Source: an uncultured Holophaga sp.
Lineage (GTDB): Bacteria > Acidobacteriota > Holophagae > Holophagales > Holophagaceae
Length of the DNA stretch: 64,000 nucleotides
Assembly: GCA_963664825.1 (NCBI GenBank)
Contig: OY761614.1
Span: 3,296,001 to 3,360,000 of the forward strand
Direction of reading: 5' to 3'
Both the position numbers and the translations under genes were made by a program. This document shows, one piece after another, positions 9,229 to 19,270 of the stretch (position 1 is its first letter; every line of letters begins with the position of its first letter). Below the pieces are notes generated by a model, which was not told where the DNA came from, ran no database searches, and saw only the letters and a list, made by a program, of their open reading frames with translations.

Positions 9229-10479
9229 ATGCGCATCGAAGCCATCGCCATCGGAACCGAACTGCTCACCACGGGAAGGGTGGATACGAATTCCGTCTGG
9301 ATCGCCCAGCGACTGGCGGATCTGGGGCTGGGCTTCCACCGCAAGAGCGCCGTGGGCGATGACCGGGAGGATCTGCGAAGCCTCTTCCTGGAGGCCCTGG
9401 ACCGCTCGGATCTCATCGTCTGCACCGGCGGCTTGGGGCCCACCTTCGATGATTTCACCAAAGAGTTGTGGGCCGAAGTCCTGAATGCCCCCCTGGTGGA
9501 GGATCCCGCCAGCCGCCGGGCGATCGAGGACTTCTTCCGGGACCGCCATCGCCCCTGCCCTCCCAGCAATTTCAAGCAGGCCCTTGTGCCCCTCGGGGCC
9601 GAGGCCCTGCCCAATCCCGTCGGCACGGCCCCGGGCATTTACTGGGGAGCGCTGAAGGGCTATCCCGGCACGGCCATCATCCTGCTGCCCGGCGTGCCCC
9701 GGGAGATGAAGCGCATGTGGGTGGACCAGATCGAGCCCCGGCTGCGATCCCAGGCGGGTCAACCCACCCAGACCCTCCGGATGCTGGTGGGCTCCGTGGG
9801 GGAGAGCGCCCTGGAGGAGCGCACCACTCCCTTGAGGGAAAAGCATAGCCACCTGGACTGGACCATCCTGGCGAGCCTGGGCCTGGTGGAATTGGTGGCC
9901 CGCAGCCGCGATTCCGCGGCGTTGGAGGCCGCCCGCCGGGACTTCGAGATGGAGCTGGGTCAGGACCTGGTCTGCACGGGCAACGGCCGCTTGGAAGAGC
10001 GCGTCCTGGAGCAATTGAAGCGCCGAGGTCAGACCCTGGCCCTGGCCGAGAGCATGACGGGGGGGCGCATCGCCACCCTCCTCACCGGAGTGCCGGGAGC
10101 CAGCGAAGCCTTCCTGGGGGGCGCCGTGGTCTATTCCCCGGGCGCCAAGACCGAACTGGCGGGCCTTTCTCCAGAATTTATCCGGGAACACGGCACGGTT
10201 TCCGAAGCCACCACCCGGGCCCTGGCCGAGGGCATTCGCAGGCGCCTGGGCACCCATTGGGGCCTGGCCATCACGGGGAATGCGGGCCCCAGCCTGGATA
10301 AGGATGGGCCCGGCCAGGACGAGGCTCCCGTGGGCAGCTCCTTCATGGCTGTGGCCGGGCCCGCTGGCACCCAGTGCCAGGTCCACCATTTCCCTGGGGA
10401 AAGGGCTGATATCCAGGCCCGAGCTACCGTCCTGGCCCTGGACTTCCTGCGGCGCCAGCTGGACGCATTTCGCGCATAG
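9229..10479 (+). CDS. cinA: CinA-family competence/damage-inducible protein (MocF + NMN deamidase domains)
   Basis: IGTELL, DTNS, TGGLGPT, GTAPG, LPGVPREM, AESMTGG, ITGNAGP. Confidence 0.92.
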   Translation: MRIEAIAIGTELLTTGRVDTNSVWIAQRLADLGLGFHRKSAVGDDREDLRSLFLEALDRSDLIVCTGGLGPTFDDFTKELWAEVLNAPLVEDPASRRAIEDFFRDRHRPCPPSNFKQALVPLGAEALPNPVGTAPGIYWGALKGYPGTAIILLPGVPREMKRMWVDQIEPRLRSQAGQPTQTLRMLVGSVGESALEERTTPLREKHSHLDWTILASLGLVELVARSRDSAALEAARRDFEMELGQDLVCTGNGRLEERVLEQLKRRGQTLALAESMTGGRIATLLTGVPGASEAFLGGAVVYSPGAKTELAGLSPEFIREHGTVSEATTRALAEGIRRRLGTHWGLAITGNAGPSLDKDGPGQDEAPVGSSFMAVAGPAGTQCQVHHFPGERADIQARATVLALDFLRRQLDAFRA

Positions 10480-10503
10480 ACATACGTGCGCTAAAGTTTA
10501 TCC

Positions 10504-11166
10504 ATGCATACACCCAACCTGAACACCTTCCTCCTCTGGTGCCTCGGGGCCTACCTGGCCGGGAGCATCCCCTTCGGACTCCTCCTGGTGAAGCTGGCCG
10601 GCAAGGGCGATGTGCGCTGCCAGGGTTCTGGCAATATCGGCGCCACCAATGTGCTGCGCACCGGCGGCAAGACGCTGGGCATCCTGACGCTTCTGCTGGA
10701 CGTGGCCAAGGGCTTCGCGCCGGTATGGCTGGCCAAGCACTTCGGATTTCCCGCCGAGGCCCTGAGCTGGGTGGCGTTGGCCGCCACCGCGGGCCACATC
10801 TTCTGCCCCTGGCTGAAATTCCAGGGCGGCAAGGGCGTGGCCACGGCCCTGGGCGCCATCCTGGGCTATCACCCGGCCCTGGCCCTGCCCAGCCTTGCCT
10901 CCTTCGCGCTTCTCCTGGGCATCTTCCGGTACGTGAGCCTCGGCAGCGTCGTGGCGGCGCTGGTACTCATCCCGGCCGCCCTGGGGTTCTTCGGCGCCTG
11001 GGCCTGTCAGCCCTTCCTCATGGGAGACCTGGCCCGCTATGGCATTGTGGCCTGGGTCCTCCTGCCCATGCTGGTGGTCCGCCGCCACGCCGCCAATCTC
11101 CAGCGCCTCTTCAATGGCACCGAATCCAAGCTCTGGGGGACCCCCAAGGAGCCCCGTCATGACTAA
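10504..11166 (+). CDS. plsY: Glycerol-3-phosphate acyltransferase PlsY
   Basis: YLAGSIPFG, GSGNIGATN, GGKGVAT, RHAAN. Confidence 0.95.
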   Translation: MHTPNLNTFLLWCLGAYLAGSIPFGLLLVKLAGKGDVRCQGSGNIGATNVLRTGGKTLGILTLLLDVAKGFAPVWLAKHFGFPAEALSWVALAATAGHIFCPWLKFQGGKGVATALGAILGYHPALALPSLASFALLLGIFRYVSLGSVVAALVLIPAALGFFGAWACQPFLMGDLARYGIVAWVLLPMLVVRRHAANLQRLFNGTESKLWGTPKEPRHD

Positions 11167-12163
11167 CCGTCGACCCGATCTGGCCATCTTCGGCTCCGGC
11201 GCCTGGGGCACGGCCCTGGCCATCGCCTGGGCCCGGGAGGGCGCCCACGTGGCGCTCTGGGGCCATCCAGCGGAAGCCGTGCGGGAATTGGCCACCACCC
11301 GCAAACACCCTCGGCTCTCCGGAGCCGAACTCCCGGCCAATATCACCCCCCATGCGGATCCGGAACCGGCCTTTCAGGCGCCCATCTGGATCAGCGCCCT
11401 GCCCACCCAGATCACCCCTGGGATCTGGGAACGCCTGGCCGCCTCCACGCCCCAGCGCCCCGAGATCCTGATCCACGTGAGCAAGGGGCTCCTCCAGCAC
11501 CAGCATCAGCGGATCTCGGAGGCCCTTGCCCCGATCCTCCAGGTGCCCATCGGCGTGCTCTCCGGCCCCTCCTTCGCCGATGAAGTGGCCCGGAACCTTC
11601 CGGCGGCCATCGTGCTGGCCCTGCCTTCGGAGGTGGAGGAACCCCGGGCCCGGCAGCTTCAGGCCCTCCTCTCCACGCCCCGCCTGCGGCTCTACCTGAG
11701 CCGGGATATCGTGGGGGTGGAACTCTGCGGCGCCCTCAAGAACACCCTGGCCATCGCGGCAGGACTGGTGGAATCCCTGGAGCTGGGCTACAACGCCCGG
11801 GCCGCCCTCCTCACCCGGGGCCTGGCCGAGATGGCCCGGCTGGTGGAGAAGCTGGGCGGGCGCACCGAAACCGTCATGGGCCTGGCGGGCATGGGCGATC
11901 TGCTCCTCACCGCCACGGGCCCCCAGAGCCGCAACCGCCGCTTCGGGGAGATGGTCGGACGGGGCGTCAGCCCCACCCAAGCCACCGATTCCATGGGCGA
12001 ACAGGTGGTCGAAGGCGTCTCCAGCACAGAGGCCGCCATGGCCCTGGCCGGGTACTGTGGTGTGGATCTTCCCATCACTTCGGAAGTGGCGCGCCTCATC
12101 AAGGGAGCCGATCCTCAGGAGGCCGTGGCGCGTCTGATGAAGCGCTCCCTCAAGTCCGAGTGA
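11159..12163 (+). CDS. gpsA: NAD(P)H-dependent glycerol-3-phosphate dehydrogenase
   Basis: GSGAWGTALA, SGPSFA, GALKN, GDLLLT, SRNRRFG; ATG at 11159 after AGGAG. Confidence 0.95.
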   Translation: MTNRRPDLAIFGSGAWGTALAIAWAREGAHVALWGHPAEAVRELATTRKHPRLSGAELPANITPHADPEPAFQAPIWISALPTQITPGIWERLAASTPQRPEILIHVSKGLLQHQHQRISEALAPILQVPIGVLSGPSFADEVARNLPAAIVLALPSEVEEPRARQLQALLSTPRLRLYLSRDIVGVELCGALKNTLAIAAGLVESLELGYNARAALLTRGLAEMARLVEKLGGRTETVMGLAGMGDLLLTATGPQSRNRRFGEMVGRGVSPTQATDSMGEQVVEGVSSTEAAMALAGYCGVDLPITSEVARLIKGADPQEAVARLMKRSLKSE

Positions 12164-12255
12164 AATGAACCGACGCTTTTCCCTTCCAGTCACCCTCCTG
12201 GGAGGCGGCATTCGTACCAGGCCCTAACACACGGCACAGGCCTCCGGAGGCAGCC

Positions 12256-12723
12256 ATGGAACTACACATGGAACTGCGCATCACAGCCTTCCCCCAGCAA
12301 GGCAGCATTCCGCGGGCCTTCACCGCCGATGGCGCCGATGTCTCGCCAGCCCTTGCCTGGCGGGAGGCTCCCGAGAAGACCCGGGCCTTTGCCCTGATCC
12401 TGGAGGACCCGGACGCCCCGGCGGGCCCCTGGACCCATTGGACCCTCTACAACCTTCCCTTGGACGCAACCTCCCTCGCCGAGAACCAGCCCAAGGTTCC
12501 AACCCTCACCAATGGCTCCCGCCAGGGCAAGAACACCTGGGGCCGCCTGGGCTACAACGGCCCCGCCCCGCCCCCCGGCAGGAGCCATCGCTACTTCTTC
12601 AGGCTCTATGCCCTTGCCCAGCCCCTGGAATTGGAAGCGGGCGCCACGCGCCAGCAGGTGGACGCGGCCCTGAAGGGCAATGTCCTCGCCGTGGCTGAGT
12701 GGGTGGGGGTCTACGGGCGCTGA
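12256..12723 (+). CDS. YbhB/YbcL (PEBP/Raf kinase inhibitor-like) protein
   Basis: DPDAP, WTHW, GPAPP, HRYFF motifs. Confidence 0.9.
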   Translation: MELHMELRITAFPQQGSIPRAFTADGADVSPALAWREAPEKTRAFALILEDPDAPAGPWTHWTLYNLPLDATSLAENQPKVPTLTNGSRQGKNTWGRLGYNGPAPPPGRSHRYFFRLYALAQPLELEAGATRQQVDAALKGNVLAVAEWVGVYGR

Positions 12724-12741
12724 AGTCCCCCTGTCGGCACC

Positions 12742-12872
12742 AAAAGAAGAACGCGAAGAGCGCCAAGGAAGCGAAGGGCGCGAATGGGAGCTCTGGAAGA
12801 GGGGGAATGCCTGGAAGCCCTTGCCTTCTTCGCGCTCTTGGCCCCCTTCGCGGCCTTCGCGTTCCTTTCTTT
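12742..12872. repeat. Palindromic element with two inverted arms of 4x9-bp units
   Basis: AACGCGAAG AGCGCCAAG GAAGCGAAG GGCGCGAAT (12750-12785) versus CTTCGCGCT CTTGGCCCC CTTCGCGGC CTTCGCGTT (12828-12863), between convergent genes. Confidence 0.75.
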
Positions 12873-12932
12873 CCTGCTATCGAAACCCGTGTCCTCCCCA
12901 ACCTGGGTTATGGGCGCTGCAAGATCGAGCGC

Positions 12933-13808
12933 CTATTCCAGGTTGGCTCCCTGTTCCCGGATTTGGTCCAGGACGCCCTTGGCTTCCATGACGGCGCGGG
13001 TCATGGCAAGCCGCTTGCACTTCGAGCCGCAAGTGTTGAGTTCCCTTAGCACTTCCTGGCACCAGACATCGAGGCTCTTGCCGCCCAGGTTGCCCTTTCC
13101 CAGGCGTTCCCCGAAATCGTCCAGATGGGCCTCCAGCCTCACCAGTTCCTCCCGCACATCCTGGCGCTCCGCCAGGGCCCCGGCCTCGGCCACGATCCGC
13201 TCGGCGGGAAGCTGGCCCTGCAATTGGGCGTCCTTCAGGATCTGATCGAGCTTTTGCCGGTATTGGGCGGGCAGTTCGGCCACCTGCCCCTCCGCCTCAG
13301 TCAGGATGGCCTGCCTCAGGTCCCGCAAGCGACCCAGGGCCTCCCTGAAGAAGGGCTCAAGGCGCTGGGCCTCCCGGTCCCGGCCTTCGTTCCAGCGCTT
13401 CAGGAGTTCCGCGAGGCCCTCGCTCACCGAGGCTTCCATCCGTTCGGCCAGATCGGAGGCCGGGGGCAGCCAGGCGCCGGGCAGGCGGAAGAAGGCCTCT
13501 GCCGTCAGGGGCGGCAGATTGAGCCATTCGGCGTCCTCCTGCCAGGCCTTGGCCACACTGCGCAGCAGGGGGCGATTGAGCTGGAGTTCCAGGCTGGGCT
13601 CGTCCAGGACCTCGAGGGTCAGATCCAGCTTGCCGCGACTAGCGGCCTCCCGGACCCGAGCCCTCAGGGCGTTCTCCAGGGGGAAGAGGGCCGGATGCAG
13701 GCGCACATTCAATTCCAGCCCCTTGTGGTTCACGCTGCGCAGGGCGAGTCGCAGTTGCCCCTGTGCCAGGGGACGGATGATTTCGGCATAGGCTGTCATG
13801 GAGCGCAT
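12933..13808 (-). CDS. yicC: YicC/YloC-family endoribonuclease
   Basis: MRSMTAYA start, RSVNHK, DVREELVRL, RELNTCGSK, QIREQGANLE. Confidence 0.9.
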   Translation of the reverse strand: MRSMTAYAEIIRPLAQGQLRLALRSVNHKGLELNVRLHPALFPLENALRARVREAASRGKLDLTLEVLDEPSLELQLNRPLLRSVAKAWQEDAEWLNLPPLTAEAFFRLPGAWLPPASDLAERMEASVSEGLAELLKRWNEGRDREAQRLEPFFREALGRLRDLRQAILTEAEGQVAELPAQYRQKLDQILKDAQLQGQLPAERIVAEAGALAERQDVREELVRLEAHLDDFGERLGKGNLGGKSLDVWCQEVLRELNTCGSKCKRLAMTRAVMEAKGVLDQIREQGANLE

Positions 13809-13839
13809 ATCGGTCCTCGTGAAATGGAATTCCCGTGCT

Positions 13840-15222
13840 TCACCGTTCATCCCCGTAGGCTTCCTCGGTCTTGGCCTTCAGCCACGACTTTCCCCGGAGG
13901 CGCTCGACGCTGAGTTCCAGGAAGAGCTCCAGGCCCGCGCCGCCCTCCAGCCCCATCCGAGGCACGGCGGCCCGTTCGAAGCCCATCCGGGCGCCTTCCT
14001 GGATGCGCAAGGGGAGCTGGGCCACGGGACGGACCTCGCCGGTGAGCCCCACCTCGCCCATGAAGAGGCAGCGATCGGCCAGGATCCGGCCCGTGGCGCT
14101 GCTGGTGAGGGCCGCCACAACCGCTAGATCGGCGGCCGGGTCCTCCACCTCCAGACCGCCAGCCACGTTCAGGTAGATGTCCCGGTCGTGAAGCTGCACG
14201 CCCCCGCGGCGTTCGGCCACGGCGCATAGCATCGACAGGCGCTGTCCATCAATGCCGAGAGCCGTGCGACGCGGGATGCCGAGACCCGCGGAAGCCACCA
14301 GGGCCTGGATCTCGACTACCATCGGGCGGGTGCCCGAAAGCACCACCGTGGCTGCGCAACCAGGCCGGGGCTCGGCATCCAGGAAGAAGGGGTTGCCCTC
14401 GGCGGGGATCAGCCCCCTACCCGTCATGGCGAAGACGCCCAGCTCGAAGGCCGCGCCGAAGCGGTTCTTGAGGGCCCTCAGCAGGCGGTGATGGTGGTGC
14501 CGGTCCCCCTCGAAGGCCAGCACCGTGTCCACCAGATGTTCGAGCACCTTGGGGCCCGCCAGGCTGCCATCCTTGGTCACGTGTCCCACGAGCACTAGGG
14601 GCGTGCCACTGGCCTTGGCCCAGCGGGCGAGTAGCGTTGCGCATCCGCGCACCTGGCTGACGCTGCCGGCGCTGGATTCGAAGTCCGGATCGAAGAGGGT
14701 CTGGATGGAATCCACCAGCAGCAGGGAGGGCTTCATCCGTTCGGCCACTTCCAGGATCCGGCGCACATCCGTTTCGGCAAAGAGGTGAATATCGGGGCTC
14801 TCGGCGCCCAGCCGCTGGGCCCGCAGCTTGATCTGGCGCTCGCTTTCTTCACCGCTGGCGTACAGGACAGTACCTGTCGATGTGGCCGCCCATTGCAGGA
14901 CGAGGGTGGATTTGCCGATGCCCGGTTCCCCTCCCAGGAGCACCACCATGCCCGGCACCACGCCCCCACCCAGCACTCGGTCCAGCTCGGCCAACCCCGT
15001 GGGCACGCGCTCCGACTCGCTGATCTCCACCTCCGTGAGGGGGATGGGTCCCGTGTATTGGCTCTGGGCGAAGGCGCTGCGAACGCGGTCCAGATCCTTG
15101 CGCAGGGAGCCCTTCACCTCCTCGATGCTATTGAAGGCTCCACAGGCGCCGCACTTGCCCATGCCCTGGGGATACCGCGCACCACAGGCGGTGCATTCGA
15201 AAACGGGAGAGGTCTTGGCCAT
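13840..15222 (-). CDS. radA: DNA repair protein RadA/Sms
   Basis: C4 zinc finger, GEPGIGKST, VDSIQT, KNRFG, Lon-like C-terminus. Confidence 0.97.
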   Translation of the reverse strand: MAKTSPVFECTACGARYPQGMGKCGACGAFNSIEEVKGSLRKDLDRVRSAFAQSQYTGPIPLTEVEISESERVPTGLAELDRVLGGGVVPGMVVLLGGEPGIGKSTLVLQWAATSTGTVLYASGEESERQIKLRAQRLGAESPDIHLFAETDVRRILEVAERMKPSLLLVDSIQTLFDPDFESSAGSVSQVRGCATLLARWAKASGTPLVLVGHVTKDGSLAGPKVLEHLVDTVLAFEGDRHHHHRLLRALKNRFGAAFELGVFAMTGRGLIPAEGNPFFLDAEPRPGCAATVVLSGTRPMVVEIQALVASAGLGIPRRTALGIDGQRLSMLCAVAERRGGVQLHDRDIYLNVAGGLEVEDPAADLAVVAALTSSATGRILADRCLFMGEVGLTGEVRPVAQLPLRIQEGARMGFERAAVPRMGLEGGAGLELFLELSVERLRGKSWLKAKTEEAYGDER

Positions 15223-15306
15223 GGTTCCAGCCTAGCTCAAGCAGCCGAGGATCGAAGCCTCCCTGGAAGAGGGCTCCAGGGGCCCAGAACCTTTTCTTGG
15301 GGGGTG

Positions 15307-15478
15307 TGCGGATAACTTGGCGGATTTCCCCCGGAATCCCCCCCTAAAGTCCATCATTTCTTCCGCTTCGGCGCGCTGCAACACTTACCGGGCATCATCA
15401 TATATATGTGCAACAAAACAAGTTACTCTACATTCCCATTTTCGGGATAGCCGTTTGCGCCCTGGGAGGTTATCCACA
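15307..15478. promoter_or_regulatory. Two inward-facing DnaA boxes around an AT-rich stretch
   Basis: TGCGGATAA at 15307-15315 (1 mismatch) and perfect TTATCCACA at 15470-15478. Confidence 0.5.
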
Positions 15479-15565
15479 ATTTCTGGTTAAATTCGCGTTG
15501 ACAACCCGAATGGTTTTTCACGGGAAGGGCGGTACCGGAAAACATCCCCTCGATTCGACCGCCCC

Positions 15566-18500
15566 TTAGACGAGCTGTTCGGCATCCCGGAGTTGCACGC
15601 TCACCAGCCGACTGATGCCCCGCTCCGCCATGGTGACGCCGTAGAGCGTGTCGGCAGCCACCATGGTGGACTTCTGGTGGGTGATGACGATGAACTGGGT
15701 ATCCGTCTTCATCTTCTGCACGAGCTGGGCAAAGCGGACCACGTTGGCCTCGTCCAAGGGGGCATCGACCTCATCCAACACGCAGAAAGGGCTTGGCTTA
15801 AAGCGGAAAATGGCGAAGAGCAGCGAGATGGCCGTGAGGGCCTTCTCGCCCCCTGAGAGCAGCGTAAGGGCCTTGGCGCTCTTTCCCGGAGGCTGGGCCG
15901 TGATCTCGATGCCGCATTCCAGGAGATCCTTGGGGTCCTGCAGGGAAAGGTGTGCCGCCCCTCCCCCGAAGACTTCCCGGAAAACCTCGGAAAACCGCGC
16001 GTTCACGAAATCGAAGGCCTCTCGGAAGCGTTCCTCGCTGGTGGCATTGATCTCCTTGATGGTGGATTCCAGATTGCCGATGGCGTCCAGCACATCCGTG
16101 CGCTGCTCGTTCATGAAGGAGAGCCGGGATTCGGCCTCTTCCAGCTCCTGAATGGCCAGGGGATTGACGCTGCCCAGATCCAGGCGCCGGCCCTGGAGTT
16201 CGCCGAGGGCCGTCTGGTGCACCAGTTCCCCCTGGCCCCAGGCCGCTCGTTCCTCTTCCGTGATGGAGGCCAGAAAATCCGGGACCGTGTAGGACAGGGC
16301 CAGTTCCACTTCCTTGGCCATGGCCTCTGTGCTGCCCTGGACCTGGGCGGCTGAAATCAGCGACTCCTGGTGAAGCTGCCGGGCATTCTCCAGGGCCTGC
16401 TGGAACTCCCGGGCCATCCGCTCCTGGACCCGGAGGACCTCCGCGGCGCGCTCCAGCTCAGGCTGGGCCTGGCCCTGCTGTTCCACGAGGGCCAGGCGTT
16501 CCTGGAGCCGCTGCTGGGTCTCGGCCTCGAGCTCCTGAATGCGCTGGGTCGCTTGGGCCACCCGCTGCTGGGCCTGGTCGATATCGTCCTGCACCCGCTT
16601 TTTCTCGGCTTCCAGGTCGAAGGTGCCGCGCTGGATCTGGAGCACCTGGCGCTGGAGGCTATCCCGTTCCGCCCAGGCGGAGGCGCGAACCTGGGTGGCC
16701 TCCATGAGGACTTGGCGACGGCGTTCCAGTTCGGCCTGGGCCTCCTGGTGCCTCCCCTCGACGCCCTGGATGGATTCCATGATCGCCACCGCCTCGGGAT
16801 TCGCCTCGGGCACCTCGAAGCCCCGCAGCCGGGTGCGGAGGGTCTCGATTTCCTGCTCGAGCTGCTCCCACTGGAGATCGGCCCGCTCCTGAGCCTCCTG
16901 GATCTCCCGCAGCTGACCGCGGACGGAGGCATGGCGCCCCTTCAGATCCTCCAGGGTCCGCCTAGAGACGAGGCGATCCTCCTCCATCTCCCGGGAGCGC
17001 TCCGAAACTTCCTGGAGGCGCTGTTGGTACTGTTTGACCTCGGCTTCGAGGGCCTCGGTGCGGTCCAGGAGTTCCTCCCGGAGCCTCCGACAGGCCTCTA
17101 GTTCGCTGCGCAGCTTCAGGGGCGAGGCCGCCGGGGCGCGAACGCCCACCTGGATGGGGCCGTAGGGCAAGCGCAGCAAACCGGGGGCGACGAAGCCCAG
17201 GCTTGGATACTGGGCGGCAAGCCCCGGCAGAGCGTCATCCGAACAGCGGAAGACACGCGCCAGCAGGGATTCCAGGGGGCGCGCCTTCCCGCTCCGCCAC
17301 CGGAAATGCGGGGCCAGGGCCTCGCATCCGGCGGGCGTCTCGGGCACTTCGGCCATGTCCGGCACGGCGACATAGAGCTGCCCGGGGGCCTCGCCAATGG
17401 ACTTCAGCGCCCGGTCCCCGAGGGCCACGGATTGGATCCAGCTCCCCAGCAGCCGCTCCACCTCCGCAAGGGTCTCCTCGTCCACCGAAAGAGCTTCGGC
17501 CAGGGAGAAGGGATCTTCCCCCAAGTCATTGAGCCACAGGAAGGCCTTCTGGACCTCCTCGGAGCCCGTGACCTGCCGCAGGGCATCCCCCAACTGCTTG
17601 AGACGGCGCTCTTCGGCATCCAGCGCGCCTTCGGATTCCCGCAGGGAGGCCGCCGCCTTGCGATGGGCTTCGAGGGCTTCGGACTGGAGGCGGGACTGCA
17701 CCAGCACGGCCTCTTCGACCTGCTCGGCACGGCTCTCGGCCCCTTCCAGCTCCCGTCCCAGCCGGAGATCGTCGGCCTGAAGGCCCTCCAGTCTCGGGGA
17801 GCGCACGGATTCCTCATGGTTCAGGGCATCCAGGCGGCCCTCCGCCTGGGCGATCTGCTGATGCAGGGCCTGGCGCTGCTGTTGGAGGGCCAGGGCGGCG
17901 CGCTCGGCTTCCACCCGGCGGGCGCGGAGTTCCCGCAATTCGGTCTCGATGTGGCGCAGGGCGCCCGCCGCCAGGGCCACGGCCTCTTCCGAATCACCGA
18001 CGAGGGTCTCCCGGGCCTCCAGGGCCTTCTCGGCGACCGCGAGGGAAGCCTGCAACTTCAGGGCCTCGGCCTCGGAATCCCCGGAGCGATGGGAGAGTTC
18101 CTCCAGGCGGGAGGCCAGGATTCCCCGCTGTTCCTGGGCTTCCTGGGCGCGTTCCTCCTGGAACCCGCGGTCCTGGTCGGCTAGGCCGAGGCGTTGATCC
18201 AGCGCCAGGATGGCCCTGCCCCGCCGGTCCTGCGCGTGGTTGAGCTCATCGAGGGCATGGCGCTGCTGCTCGACTTCGCTGGCCTTTTCCGAGGCCTGGG
18301 CCGTGAGGGAAGCGATCTGGCGTTCGAGGGCATCGAGCTGCTCGAGGATCCGCTCCTTGGCGGCCTCCAGCTCCATGGCCTTGCCCGCCAGGAGAATGCG
18401 CTGGGTGGCCTTGATCGCCTGGTCTAGATCCTGGGCCCGCCGGGCCTTGGCCGCCTGGCGCTTCAGGGATTCCTGCTGCTTGCCGAGCTCGTGGAGGATA

Positions 18501-19078
18501 TCGTCCAGGCGCTGGAGATTGGCCCGGGTCTCCTCCAGGCGTCGTTCGGCTTCCGTGCGGCGGAGCTTGTAGCGGGTGATCCCGGCGGCCTCTTCCAGGA
18601 GGGAGCGGCGGTCCTTGGGCTTGTTCGAAAGGATCAGATCGATCTGCCCCTGCTGGATGAAACTATAGGCCCGCGTGCCCATGCCGGTATCCATCAGCAG
18701 ATCCTGGATGTCCTTGAGACGCGTCTCCCGACCATTGATGCGGTACTCGCCCCCTGTGTCCCGGTAGAGGCGCCGGGAGAGGGTGACCTCCTTGGTGGCG
18801 CCGGCCAGAGCCGGATCCGGCATCTCCAAGGTGAGCTTCACCTCGGAAAGGCCCATGGGCTTGCGCTGGCTGGTGCCCGAGAAGATCACGTCGGACATGT
18901 CGTTGCCCCGCAGCAGGGTGGCCCGCTGTTCGCCGAGGACCCAGGCCAGCGCATCGGCGATATTGGATTTCCCGCAACCGTTGGGACCCACGACGGCCGT
19001 CATGCCCCCGGGGAAGACCAGCTTCTGGGGGTCGGCGAAGGATTTGAAACCGTGCAGTTCGAGGGCGATGAGGCGCAA
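15566..19078 (-). CDS. smc: Chromosome segregation protein SMC
   Basis: GFKSF, GPNGCGKSN, long coiled coils, LSGGEK, LDEVDAPLD; TTG start. Confidence 0.96.
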   Translation of the reverse strand: MRLIALELHGFKSFADPQKLVFPGGMTAVVGPNGCGKSNIADALAWVLGEQRATLLRGNDMSDVIFSGTSQRKPMGLSEVKLTLEMPDPALAGATKEVTLSRRLYRDTGGEYRINGRETRLKDIQDLLMDTGMGTRAYSFIQQGQIDLILSNKPKDRRSLLEEAAGITRYKLRRTEAERRLEETRANLQRLDDILHELGKQQESLKRQAAKARRAQDLDQAIKATQRILLAGKAMELEAAKERILEQLDALERQIASLTAQASEKASEVEQQRHALDELNHAQDRRGRAILALDQRLGLADQDRGFQEERAQEAQEQRGILASRLEELSHRSGDSEAEALKLQASLAVAEKALEARETLVGDSEEAVALAAGALRHIETELRELRARRVEAERAALALQQQRQALHQQIAQAEGRLDALNHEESVRSPRLEGLQADDLRLGRELEGAESRAEQVEEAVLVQSRLQSEALEAHRKAAASLRESEGALDAEERRLKQLGDALRQVTGSEEVQKAFLWLNDLGEDPFSLAEALSVDEETLAEVERLLGSWIQSVALGDRALKSIGEAPGQLYVAVPDMAEVPETPAGCEALAPHFRWRSGKARPLESLLARVFRCSDDALPGLAAQYPSLGFVAPGLLRLPYGPIQVGVRAPAASPLKLRSELEACRRLREELLDRTEALEAEVKQYQQRLQEVSERSREMEEDRLVSRRTLEDLKGRHASVRGQLREIQEAQERADLQWEQLEQEIETLRTRLRGFEVPEANPEAVAIMESIQGVEGRHQEAQAELERRRQVLMEATQVRASAWAERDSLQRQVLQIQRGTFDLEAEKKRVQDDIDQAQQRVAQATQRIQELEAETQQRLQERLALVEQQGQAQPELERAAEVLRVQERMAREFQQALENARQLHQESLISAAQVQGSTEAMAKEVELALSYTVPDFLASITEEERAAWGQGELVHQTALGELQGRRLDLGSVNPLAIQELEEAESRLSFMNEQRTDVLDAIGNLESTIKEINATSEERFREAFDFVNARFSEVFREVFGGGAAHLSLQDPKDLLECGIEITAQPPGKSAKALTLLSGGEKALTAISLLFAIFRFKPSPFCVLDEVDAPLDEANVVRFAQLVQKMKTDTQFIVITHQKSTMVAADTLYGVTMAERGISRLVSVQLRDAEQLV

Positions 19079-19270
19079 GCCGATTCTCCGGCGGGAACTT
19101 TGTCCCCGATGTTTTCATGACTGTCCGGGAGGTCGGCCCTTGGGATCGGCCTATCCAAGACGGTAGACTGTCATTTTCCCCACTTCTGGAGTTTCCGTGA
19201 CCCCCCTTCCTATGATTTCGTACCAGGCAGAGGTTCCCCCGCAGCACCAGGGCCTCTGCAGGGAGGGGCA

